In this document: positions 9,766-18,432 of the stretch, piece after piece
Layout: each line of letters opens with the position of its first letter
Position numbering within the stretch: position 1 is the stretch's first letter
NCBI GenBank assembly: GCA_028867035.1
Contig: JAGWHB010000006.1
Location: 23,918 to 87,917, forward strand
Source of the DNA: Nitrososphaerota archaeon
GTDB lineage: Archaea > Thermoproteota > Nitrososphaeria > Nitrososphaerales > Gagatemarchaeaceae
DNA length: 64,000 bases
Direction: 5' to 3'
The notes under the pieces: generated by a model
The model's input: the letters and a program-made list of their open reading frames with translations, nothing else
Database searches by the model: none
Told to the model about the DNA's origin: nothing
Made by a program: the position numbers and the translations under genes

Positions 9766-11253
9766 TTAATGGCCGACCCCGGCCACCGTGCCGCCGTTGG
9801 ATGACACGTATGAAACCATGATTGTCTCTGTGTTCTGGAGTGCCTGTGCGAATGTGATTGAGCCCGATGCCGCCTCCGTCAGTTGTTCTTGTAGAATCTC
9901 CTGCAGGGTGATTTGGTATGGGCTCCACGTCCATTGGGTGCCTGCACTCTGCTGCGACTTGAGATAGGTCAGCCCTATGTTCTGGCCGCCCCAATAGGAG
10001 TTGTTGCCCAGGAAGACCTTGGTGCCGTTGGAGTACGCGTCGTTCTGGAGATAGTAATTGTTCGACGTCCACTGCCCGCCCTGTGTCCACATGTAAGGCA
10101 ACACCTGTGGTGTCTGGGTCGTGAAGTAGTCGAAGAGGAATGCTGGGCCAGGGTACTGGGCGTTCGCTGTCACACCGAGGCAGCTCCCTCCCACCACTCC
10201 GGTCACGAAGCTTCCTGGGGTAGTCTGCGGCAGGTCTGCGACGCGCCAGAGGCCCGCCTCGTTGGGCGCCGTCGCTTGGATGACGTATCGCGGATACCAG
10301 GCGGCAGCCGTGACGAATGACGCTATCTCGGAACCAGACAACTCCTGGTTGAACTGCGGTGTGTACAGGTCAAGTGCTTGGACTGAGCCTCCCTTTATCA
10401 GGCCGCCCCAGTAGTTTATGACGTTGAGATTAGCTGTGCTGTTTATCACGACGTTGTAGGCGGTGCTGTTCACTGGGACTATCATGTTCCCACCTGCCGC
10501 CCAGAAGAGCCCCATAAGGTCCGCGGACGGCTCGTTTGGCGGGAACACAGTCATTGTTATCGAACTGTTCGCCGAATGTAGTTTGGCCGCGTCAGCCGAG
10601 AACTGGGCCCAGGTCGTGGGCACGGTCAGGCCGTACTTCGCGAAGATGTCTTCCCTGTATGCAAAGGCCACGGGCCCGAAATCTTCAGGTATGCAATAGA
10701 CTGCACCCTTCTGGCCCGCTGAGACCAGGTTCAGGGCCGAGGCTGAAATCTGCGTACCGAGCGACGGCAGGTATTGGTTGAACCACGACGAAATATCTTT
10801 CACTTCACCGGTCGTCACTTCTTGAGGAAGTTGGAAGTACTGGATCCTGAAGGAGTCGTAGACGTACTGGTGTGTCTCGAGGGCACTCAGCAACCCGGAC
10901 ACGTCCTGGTTGGGGGACTGCTGCACGTGTATGTTAGGGAAGGCGGCCTCGAAGTCCTGGACGGCTTGAGCGAGCGGATATCCACTCCAGGCATACTCTT
11001 TGATCGTAATTGGGGTTGAAGGATAGAAAGCCTGTATTGCTGACTCGGGCACGTTGGCCACGGTCAGGGTAGTGACAACTGAACCCGTCGTTGTTTGGGA
11101 TGCGGTCGCCGACGTAGAGGGGGTTGTGCTCGATGTGGTTGTAGTCGAGACGAAATAGACTGCGACTCCGGCTATGGCTATGAGTAAGATGACTATTCCG
11201 ACTGCAGCTGCTCTGCTTATAGCGCTGCGGTTGTACAATTCTTCGTGTTCCAA
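9766..11253 (-). CDS. Extracellular sugar-binding protein of the ABC importer, N-terminally anchored through a Thr/Ser-rich linker
   Basis: 495 aa. Hydrophobic N-terminus AAAVGIVILLIAIAGVAVYF, then STTTTSSTTPSTSATASQTTTGS, then a family-1 SBP-like body. Heads the permease operon. An alternative TTG start at 11238 fits the TATA box better. Confidence 0.8.
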   Translation of the reverse strand: MEHEELYNRSAISRAAAVGIVILLIAIAGVAVYFVSTTTTSSTTPSTSATASQTTTGSVVTTLTVANVPESAIQAFYPSTPITIKEYAWSGYPLAQAVQDFEAAFPNIHVQQSPNQDVSGLLSALETHQYVYDSFRIQYFQLPQEVTTGEVKDISSWFNQYLPSLGTQISASALNLVSAGQKGAVYCIPEDFGPVAFAYREDIFAKYGLTVPTTWAQFSADAAKLHSANSSITMTVFPPNEPSADLMGLFWAAGGNMIVPVNSTAYNVVINSTANLNVINYWGGLIKGGSVQALDLYTPQFNQELSGSEIASFVTAAAWYPRYVIQATAPNEAGLWRVADLPQTTPGSFVTGVVGGSCLGVTANAQYPGPAFLFDYFTTQTPQVLPYMWTQGGQWTSNNYYLQNDAYSNGTKVFLGNNSYWGGQNIGLTYLKSQQSAGTQWTWSPYQITLQEILQEQLTEAASGSITFAQALQNTETIMVSYVSSNGGTVAGVGH

Positions 11254-11267
11254 GAACAGCCTCAGAT

Positions 11268-11275
11268 TATTTAAA
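11268..11275 (-). promoter_or_regulatory. TATA-box candidate (TTTAAATA) for the sugar-binding-protein operon
   Basis: The minus strand reads TTTAAATA, 15-33 nt upstream of the two candidate TTG starts (11253 / 11238). Confidence 0.35.
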
Positions 11276-11418
11276 CAATTGCCGAAGATTCCGGGAATCC
11301 GACTGAGGAAGCGTCCGCAGAGATTCCTTCGTACTGACCCGTTGGTGCCCGAGGGGATTCGGCAAGGCGCCCCTCACTGATCAAGCTGCATCGGGCCGGC
11401 TAATAGGAAGGAGCATTT

Positions 11419-12261
11419 ATGATGCTGATTTCTGTAGCGCTCGATCAAAGAGGGATGAAGTTTCATGTTAGGAGCGGGCACCGCAACAGAGGCCTGCCCG
11501 CCAACCTACCCGTTGTCTTCCTGGGCGCCTACGCCCTCGCCCTTTTGCTATACGCTACGCTGATTCTGTTCGCAGTGGTTCCCGATTCACTCGGGGTCGT
11601 GGAATCTCTGAAGAACTCCCCCTACGGTCTGGAGCTCGGGGGTTATTCGATTGGATACCTGTCCATCTTGGTTATGGTCGTCCTCGCCTTCATATCTATC
11701 TGGGGGAGGAAAGGCAGAATCTGGATTTCCAAGTCCGGAGCCGCCTCGATGGTGATCCTCGGCCTGATCCTCGGCTCTTCTTTCGCCGCGGTTTCCACCT
11801 CCGTTCCTCCCCGGAACTGGCTCTACAACGTGCAGGACAGCGAACAGGGATTCAACCTGACCGTTTTCTACAACTCGACCACTTTGACCCTTGGCAAGAA
11901 CCTGACGATGCGATATACTCTGACTGACGATTCGTACAGTCTGACAACGCCTTACTACCTGTTTGGTGGGCAGTTCAGTATGGTCTTCTACAACTCCACG
12001 GGGAAACAGGTGGTCGCCTTCAGGGCACCCATTGCATTCGCCAGAGAGGCAGACCAGCACACGGTCAAGCTCGAACCGGGAGAGACGTGGTCCACTCTTC
12101 TCGATTGGGACGGCCTGATAATTCCGCTTAACGGGAGCAGCTACATGGCTTCGCCCGGGCACTACAACCTGGCTTCCTACGCCGCCCTCCAGGACGCGAA
12201 CGCGAGTCTCTATGTAGTCTTGCATCCGTCTAACATCACGGTCAGCGTAGTCACAGGGTAG
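11419..12261 (+). CDS. Hypothetical membrane protein with an extracellular beta-rich domain carrying many N-glycosylation sequons
   Basis: 280 aa. Three predicted TM stretches, then 7 NxS/T sequons (NLT, NST, NLT, NST, NGS, NAS, NIT). I recognise no family. Confidence 0.6.
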   Translation: MMLISVALDQRGMKFHVRSGHRNRGLPANLPVVFLGAYALALLLYATLILFAVVPDSLGVVESLKNSPYGLELGGYSIGYLSILVMVVLAFISIWGRKGRIWISKSGAASMVILGLILGSSFAAVSTSVPPRNWLYNVQDSEQGFNLTVFYNSTTLTLGKNLTMRYTLTDDSYSLTTPYYLFGGQFSMVFYNSTGKQVVAFRAPIAFAREADQHTVKLEPGETWSTLLDWDGLIIPLNGSSYMASPGHYNLASYAALQDANASLYVVLHPSNITVSVVTG

Positions 12262-12474
12262 GCCGGCGGAAAGTGAGAAGGATGTTGTTCGTCGGCCAAG
12301 TCGAAGTGGATGTCTACAGTTAATGGGAGCCGTGCCCCTCGAGTTCTAGGACCTGACGCCCGTGCCTTTGGATGCTTAGAACCAGGCTACCCGAAAGAGG
12401 TCTCTGCCAAATTCGTCATGCGATAGGTAAGTGGAAGAGATGCGCTCCGGGCCCGTCCTTGCAAACGATAATGG

Positions 12475-13008
12475 CTAGGCTTCCAGACTTATGTCAAGCG
12501 TCTCTTTGATCACGGTGTGCGGAATCGTCGTTTGCGTGTTCCTGATACCCTGGATGCGCGTGACGTCGTAGAGAAGGTCCCTTGCAGACTTCATGTCCCG
12601 TCTCCTCGCTATGAACAGGATGTCGAAGGGTCCAAAGGTCAGGTAGACGCTCTGCACTCCTGGGATTCTGGCGATTTGGGCCGCTATCTTCTGTTGCTCG
12701 GGACCGGACGCCTCGCAGGACGCCTGACTCACCACCAGATATTCCTGCCCTACCTTCTGAGGGTTGACCTTGTAGTGTGATCCCTCCAGGATCCCGGCGC
12801 CCTTGAGACGCCTGATCCTGTTCGAGACGGCCATTTTTGAGAGTCCCAACATCTTTCCGATTTCTGCGAGAGACAGCTCGCCATTGCTCTGGAGAGCGGC
12901 CAACAATCTCTCGCTCTTTTGGTCCAAGCCCGTCCGCCACTTGGTGCTTTCCTTCAAGTCCGCAGGTTCGGCGTGTCGCCATGTGGTATATGGATATTGC
13001 ATGGGCAA
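12475..13008 (-). CDS. Lrp/AsnC-family transcriptional regulator
   Basis: HTH: SLAEIGKMLGLSKMAVSNRIRRLKGAGILEG, followed by a RAM-like C-terminal domain. The likely true start is the TTG at 12927 (MDQKSERLLAAL.., 150 aa), typical for Lrp. Confidence 0.85.
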   Translation of the reverse strand: MPMQYPYTTWRHAEPADLKESTKWRTGLDQKSERLLAALQSNGELSLAEIGKMLGLSKMAVSNRIRRLKGAGILEGSHYKVNPQKVGQEYLVVSQASCEASGPEQQKIAAQIARIPGVQSVYLTFGPFDILFIARRRDMKSARDLLYDVTRIQGIRNTQTTIPHTVIKETLDISLEA

Positions 13009-13082
13009 CGCCAGTATCGCTGTCTGAGACTTCGCGCTAGGCCCTTGGGCGTCCGCCTAGTATCGTAAAGAGACAGGGTGAA

Positions 13083-14063
13083 ATGACGAGACAATTTCAA
13101 GCAATGTGTAAATACGATGATACGGTGTCCATAGGCAGGTGCGACTCGATGAGCGACCATCTGTTGATGGGTTCGGCGGCTCTATCGGGTTACATTGAGC
13201 AGGTCGATGCTAGGAAGATCCGGCCTTCGAAAACCCCGCTGCGGAACGACTCGGGTCTCTTAGGAGAGCTTACTGCTTCGATATTGGAGAAGGGACTGCT
13301 CGAGCCCATCGTGGTTCGACCAATTGGAAACACCTTCGAGGTTGTCGCCGGCAATCGAAGGCTCGAAGCCTGCCGGAGACTGAAATTTGGAAGAATACCC
13401 TGCCACATAGTCGAGTTGGACGACAGGGAGGCATATGAGGTGTCGCTCACAGAAAATCTCCATCGCAAGACGCTGAACCCCATCGAAGAGGGCCTGGCAT
13501 TCAAGAAGTATGTGGATAAGTTCGGTTACGGCAGCGCGTCGGACCTAGCGAGAAGGATTGACAAGAGTCCCTCATACGTCAGCAGACGGATTGCTCTGCT
13601 GGACCTCCCCGAAAAAATCCGGGAACAACTACTTTTGCGCGGCGCAAAGGTCGGGATCGCCGAGGAGCTCCTGTCGCTCGACGAGGAGAGCAAGGTGGAG
13701 CTGACAGAGCTAATCACGGAGATGAAGATCACGAGCAGGAGCGAGGTCCGAAGACTCGTCGGATATCTGAACCGTTCTGCCGAGGACGGAAGCAAGGGCG
13801 TCGGGGAGCCACATGGTTCGTATTACGAAATCGTCGAAACAAGAGCACGAGTGATTGAAAGGACCCTTACGAAGTGCATAGCCTCTCTGAGGCAGAACAT
13901 GGGGAGGTTTGACGATGCCATGGGTTCCCTTCCTGGTGACGACAGCAATTCGTGGGTCGTCAGCGAGGCTCTGATGTGGCAACGGAGGTTCATGAACGGC
14001 CAGGTCGACGATCTGATCAAGCTTAGGAAAAAGTTCAGACTGGCCTTCAAGTCATCGCGATAG
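13083..14063 (+). CDS. ParB/Srx-fold N-terminal domain + HTH protein (ParB-like), with no adjacent ParA
   Basis: IVVRPIGNTFEVVAGNRRLEACRRL is ParB box-II-like. HTH: GYGSASDLARRIDKSPSYVSRRIALLDLPEKI. The C-terminal 120 aa are unassigned. The start may be the ATG at about 13161 (MSDHLL..). Confidence 0.75.
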   Translation: MTRQFQAMCKYDDTVSIGRCDSMSDHLLMGSAALSGYIEQVDARKIRPSKTPLRNDSGLLGELTASILEKGLLEPIVVRPIGNTFEVVAGNRRLEACRRLKFGRIPCHIVELDDREAYEVSLTENLHRKTLNPIEEGLAFKKYVDKFGYGSASDLARRIDKSPSYVSRRIALLDLPEKIREQLLLRGAKVGIAEELLSLDEESKVELTELITEMKITSRSEVRRLVGYLNRSAEDGSKGVGEPHGSYYEIVETRARVIERTLTKCIASLRQNMGRFDDAMGSLPGDDSNSWVVSEALMWQRRFMNGQVDDLIKLRKKFRLAFKSSR

Positions 14064-14258
14064 GCGCTGAACAGCCAATAGGACGTCTGCCTGCAGTGTG
14101 TCGCTTGATCCTGCGACCCACGCCTACGGGGCCATGCATGATGCCAACGGCGTGTCGAACATTTGAGCAAATCTACAACTGCCCAACCCACCCATTGTCG
14201 TCGGCAAGCCCCCGAAAGGTTAATGCCGCCAGGCATCCCGTCGCGCCGCGGACCTCCC

Positions 14259-15116
14259 ATGAAGTTCCTCAACTATGAGAGTGACGGCAGTCCGCGGGTC
14301 GGACTTCTAAATGACGGGCTAGTGTTCCAGATAGAATCGGCGTCCAGCGTTGAAGAACTGATTTCACGGGGGTCGCTCGGAGAAATCCAGAGGAGAACGG
14401 CAACTTTGGGAGGGGAAGAGCTGGACAGGGTGAAAGTCAGAGCCCCGATTCTGACACCCGACAAGATTCTTTTGGCCGCGATTAACTACAGGGCCCACGG
14501 CACGGAACAGAAGAATCCGCCGCCGGCCCAGCCTTATTTCTTTACCAAGTTTAGGAGCTGCCTTATAGGCCAAGGCGACCCCATCATCCTTCCTAGGGTG
14601 TCCACAAAGGTCGATTGGGAAGCGGAGCTGGCGGTGGTGATTGGAAAGAAGTGTAAGTACGTTGCAAGAACCGAGGCCCTATCCCATGTGGCCGGTTACA
14701 CCGTGGCCAACGACATCAGCTTTCGCGACCTGCAATTCCCTGAAGGATGGCCAGAAAAGACCAACACCCTGGGACAGAACTGGGTCAAAGGAAAGGCGCT
14801 CGACTCTGCATTCCCGCTCGGTCCCTGGTTAGTGACTACCGACGAGATACCCGACCCCCAGCGGCTTCAGCTCTCGCTGAAGGTCAACGGCGTCGAGAGG
14901 CAGAGTGCGAACACGGATGACATGATATTCTCCGTCGCCGAACTGATAGAGCACCTGTCGGCCGGCCTCACGCTGATGCCAGGAGACATTATTTCGACGG
15001 GAACGCCGGCCGGGGTCGCCGTATTCTCAGGAGCTCCGTACCTGAAAGACGGGGACGTCGTGGAAGCAACAATCCAGGGAATCGGAACACTGAGGAACCC
15101 GGTAAGGGCCGAGTAG
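14259..15116 (+). CDS. Fumarylacetoacetate hydrolase (FAH) family protein (candidate 2,4-diketo-3-deoxy-sugar-acid hydrolase / 2-keto-3-deoxy-acid dehydratase)
   Basis: The ORF-track start at 14163 adds an implausible Pro/Arg-rich leader. ATG 14259 gives MKFLNYESDG... FAH motifs: DWEAELAVVIGK, ANDISFRD, STGTPAGV. Confidence 0.88.
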   Translation: MKFLNYESDGSPRVGLLNDGLVFQIESASSVEELISRGSLGEIQRRTATLGGEELDRVKVRAPILTPDKILLAAINYRAHGTEQKNPPPAQPYFFTKFRSCLIGQGDPIILPRVSTKVDWEAELAVVIGKKCKYVARTEALSHVAGYTVANDISFRDLQFPEGWPEKTNTLGQNWVKGKALDSAFPLGPWLVTTDEIPDPQRLQLSLKVNGVERQSANTDDMIFSVAELIEHLSAGLTLMPGDIISTGTPAGVAVFSGAPYLKDGDVVEATIQGIGTLRNPVRAE

Positions 15117-15179
15117 TCGGTTCTCGTGACGGGATGCCTGAAACGCTTTAAGTCAGGTTGAAGGAGGCCGAAATGCCAG

Positions 15180-16304
15180 ATGAAGATTTCGAAAGTAGAG
15201 ACGATAAGGATAGGACAACCCACCAGTGAATTCTACGAGAGGGACGCGCTCGCGATGGTGGGGGGCGCAGAGCATCCGATGGAGATAACGATTGTCAGGG
15301 TGGAGACAAGCAACGGAGAACTCGGATACGGCGAATGCGTCTCCTATGGCGGCCTTGAGCCGGTAGCGGTTTCGGTGGAAAAGGTGCTCGGGCCGCTGGT
15401 GAAGGGAGAGGAGTCGTCAATCATAACCCGTCTCTGGGACAAGATGTACATGGCGACATTCAGATTGGGAAGAAGAGGGGTCATCATCTCTGCCATGAGC
15501 GGGGTGGACATCGCGCTCTGGGACCTTCTTGGGAAGGAGTTGGGGGCGCCTATCTACAAGCTTCTTGGGGGCGCCAACAGGGGAGTCAAGGGATACGTCA
15601 CGGGCGGGTACTACAGGGCTGACAAGGACATCCCGAGGCTGATAGAGGAGGAGAGAGGCTACCTGAAGGCGGGTTTCGACACCGTGAAGATGAAGATAGG
15701 CGCTCTCCCGCTGGCGCAGGACGTCAAGAGGATTAGGAACGTGAAGGAGGCGTTCGGAGAGAAGATTAACATCGCCGTGGACGCCAACAACACCTTCGAC
15801 TTCAATTCCGCCTTGAGGATGGGAAGGGAATTGGAAAAGCTAGGGGTCATCTTCTTCGAGGAGCCCATCCCGACCGACCAGCCGGCCCTGAGCGCCGAAC
15901 TTGCGAGGACCCTCGACATACCTGTGGCAGGCTACGAGACGGCGTACACGCTCTACGAGTTCAGAGACTTCATCGAGTCCCACGCGGTCGATATCGTGCA
16001 GAACGACGCTGCCTGGAACGGTGGAATCACAGAGGTGTTGAGGATAGGGACGCTCGCGAGGGCTCACGGTTTCCCGGTCATTCCCCACTACTCGGCCGGA
16101 GGGATAGGGTTCGTGGCCAGCCTACATGCAGCCCTCGCCATGGACTCCCCCATGATAGAGTTCCACCTGAGGCCGAACCCGTTCCGAGACGGCCTCGCAG
16201 GGGAGGCAATCAGGCACGAGAAGGGGAAGTTCTTACCACCGAAGAAGCCGGGATTGGGGATCAGTCCAGACGAAAAGGTCATCGACAAGTATACACTGAA
16301 ATAA
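15180..16304 (+). CDS. Enolase-superfamily (mandelate racemase subgroup) acid-sugar dehydratase
   Basis: 374 aa. KxK motif VKMKIG, metal ligands VDAN / FEEP / AGYE, and His in VIPHY. Confidence 0.88.
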   Translation: MKISKVETIRIGQPTSEFYERDALAMVGGAEHPMEITIVRVETSNGELGYGECVSYGGLEPVAVSVEKVLGPLVKGEESSIITRLWDKMYMATFRLGRRGVIISAMSGVDIALWDLLGKELGAPIYKLLGGANRGVKGYVTGGYYRADKDIPRLIEEERGYLKAGFDTVKMKIGALPLAQDVKRIRNVKEAFGEKINIAVDANNTFDFNSALRMGRELEKLGVIFFEEPIPTDQPALSAELARTLDIPVAGYETAYTLYEFRDFIESHAVDIVQNDAAWNGGITEVLRIGTLARAHGFPVIPHYSAGGIGFVASLHAALAMDSPMIEFHLRPNPFRDGLAGEAIRHEKGKFLPPKKPGLGISPDEKVIDKYTLK

Positions 16305-16386
16305 ACCAAGAGCAAATACACCCCGAGGGTAATGCTGAAGGGCCATGAATTGTGACGCTTCGGTGTCCTGCGTCACCTCTACCGAG

Positions 16387-17307
16387 TCAAGATCGCAGGC
16401 CGCCGTAGTCGGACGGGTCCACCTCGTTCTCTCCCCTGCCGGTGGTCAGTAAGAGTCTCACGTTCTCTGCTGCCCTTTTCTCCGCGTACCTGAGCGCATC
16501 CTCCGCCCCCAAGCCCCCGGCCGTATGGAAGGTCCCGCAGAAGTTTGGAAGCATCCAGAGGCTAGAGTCGAAGTCTTCTACCCCTCCCTTCCTCCAGAAG
16601 ACGTCCGTCGCGAATCTGGTCCGGGGTCTTTCCTCGAGTATCTTCCCAATGGAGACTTCATCTATCGTCTCGGCCCTGCCGATGTTGACAAGGACGACTG
16701 CATCCTTCATCTTCGTTAACGCGTCGTATGAAAGGATCAAACGGGTCTGGCGATTCAAGGGAAGTGAGTTTACTATCGCATCAGCACCGTCGAGCGCTTC
16801 GACGAGCCGTTCCGGGGGAATGCGCGAATCAAAGGCCTCGGGAGCCTTGAATGATCTGGAGACTCCCACCGTCCTCATCCCGAAAGCCACTTTGCCGATG
16901 CGAGCCACCTCGCTGCCGATGGCGCCGCAGCCGAGCACCAATAGCGTCCTGCCACTGAGCAGATAGTTTTCCGCCCTCCTCCCTTTGTTGGCGATCCCCT
17001 TGGCAGCGGCCAGAAGAAGCGCCCATGCGTGCTCGGCTGCAGGCGCGGAATAGGCACCGACGTTCGAATACACTCTCACGCCTGGTGGTATCAAAGAAAA
17101 GTCAATGTCGTCGACCCCAGCGGATATCGTCTGTATCGCTTTCAGATTCCGTATCTTCGCGAGGAGCGAAGCGTCCATCTTGGAGGGCCAAGTCAATAGG
17201 ACCTGGCATTCGCCGAGCGTGTGGTCGTCCGCTCCGACCTCGACAAGGTCGAGCCCTCTGAGAGTTTCCCTGGCTTCGCGGTGGAGCCTTTCGGTCGAGA
17301 AAATCAT
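16387..17307 (-). CDS. D-isomer-specific 2-hydroxyacid dehydrogenase family protein
   Basis: 306 aa. NAD-binding motif LGCGAIGSEVARIG, plus NIGRAETID and TFHTAG (Arg/His catalytic positions). Confidence 0.85.
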   Translation of the reverse strand: MIFSTERLHREARETLRGLDLVEVGADDHTLGECQVLLTWPSKMDASLLAKIRNLKAIQTISAGVDDIDFSLIPPGVRVYSNVGAYSAPAAEHAWALLLAAAKGIANKGRRAENYLLSGRTLLVLGCGAIGSEVARIGKVAFGMRTVGVSRSFKAPEAFDSRIPPERLVEALDGADAIVNSLPLNRQTRLILSYDALTKMKDAVVLVNIGRAETIDEVSIGKILEERPRTRFATDVFWRKGGVEDFDSSLWMLPNFCGTFHTAGGLGAEDALRYAEKRAAENVRLLLTTGRGENEVDPSDYGGLRS

Positions 17308-17327
17308 CTTCTTACCCGCCGGCCGGC

Positions 17328-18347
17328 CTAAAATACTGTCGAGGCGAAGAGCTCCAGCGACCTGTACTTGGGATAGTCCATGAACATCAGCTCGAAGCGC
17401 TGGCAGCCGAGGTCAACGTAGCGCCCGAGCTTTTCCCTCACCTGGTCCGGTGTGCCGACGATGGCCTTCTCAATGTCGAACCTGTAGTCGGCCGATGGGA
17501 GTTGGACTATTCGAGAGCCCAAGGCATTGACGACCTCCATCACCCTTCTCTTCTTTTCTCGCAGTTCGTCGTCGTCCTTCGCGATAAGCAGGTGGACATG
17601 CATGCACTTCTTGACATCGTCGGGCTTCCGCCCTGCCTTCCTGAGCTCTTTCTCTATGAACTCGACCCTCTTCTGATATTCTTCGTATGTAGGTTCGGCT
17701 CCTATATCCCACTCGTCCGCGTACTTGGCGGCCATCGTCAGAATCCTCTTTCCCCATCCTCCGATCATCAGGGGGACCTTCTTCGGGGGGACCGGTTCGT
17801 CGACCGCATCCTTGACGCGGTAGTACTTTCCGTTGTAGCTGAATTTCCCTCCCTTCATCATCCCGCGTATGATCTCCACGCCCTCTTTCATCATGTCGAC
17901 CCTGACCCCCGGCGCAGGGAAGTCGTAGCCGTAGGCTGCGTGCTCGTGCTGGTACCAGCCGGCGCCGTAGCCCAAGATGAACCTGCCATCCGACATCAGG
18001 GCTAGAGAGGACGCCATCTTCGCGACCAGCGCCGGGTTCCTGTAGACGTTGTTGGCAACCCAGGTGCCGAGCTTTACCTTCGACGTCACCTGCGATAGGG
18101 CGCTCAGTGTCGTCCAGACCTCAAGCATCATGCCGTTCTTACCAAGCATGAAGTGGTCGGGGGACCAGAGCGACTCGTACCCAAGGGACTCCGCTTCCTT
18201 CGCGAAGGAAACCACTCTCTCCCAGGTTACGTCGTCGTTCAAGGTGAGGTCATAAAGTCCCCAGTACTCGTCCGCTCCGGGCGTCCCGGTCGCATCGCCA
18301 GCGTAGGTGGGCAGGGCCACCCCGAACGCCGCTTCAACCTTACCCAT
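17328..18347 (-). CDS. Luciferase-like (LLM-class, probably F420- or flavin-dependent) oxidoreductase
   Basis: 339 aa. Typical LLM pattern (SLWSPDHF, LGTWVANNVYRNPALVA, GYGAGW). Confidence 0.8.
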   Translation of the reverse strand: MGKVEAAFGVALPTYAGDATGTPGADEYWGLYDLTLNDDVTWERVVSFAKEAESLGYESLWSPDHFMLGKNGMMLEVWTTLSALSQVTSKVKLGTWVANNVYRNPALVAKMASSLALMSDGRFILGYGAGWYQHEHAAYGYDFPAPGVRVDMMKEGVEIIRGMMKGGKFSYNGKYYRVKDAVDEPVPPKKVPLMIGGWGKRILTMAAKYADEWDIGAEPTYEEYQKRVEFIEKELRKAGRKPDDVKKCMHVHLLIAKDDDELREKKRRVMEVVNALGSRIVQLPSADYRFDIEKAIVGTPDQVREKLGRYVDLGCQRFELMFMDYPKYRSLELFASTVF

Positions 18348-18432
18348 GCTGAGTCGGCACCCCGCATACTGTAAAAATATTGCCGAGTAAGACTTCAGCA
18401 GCCCCTTAATACGTGCCCGCCTCTAGCTAGGC

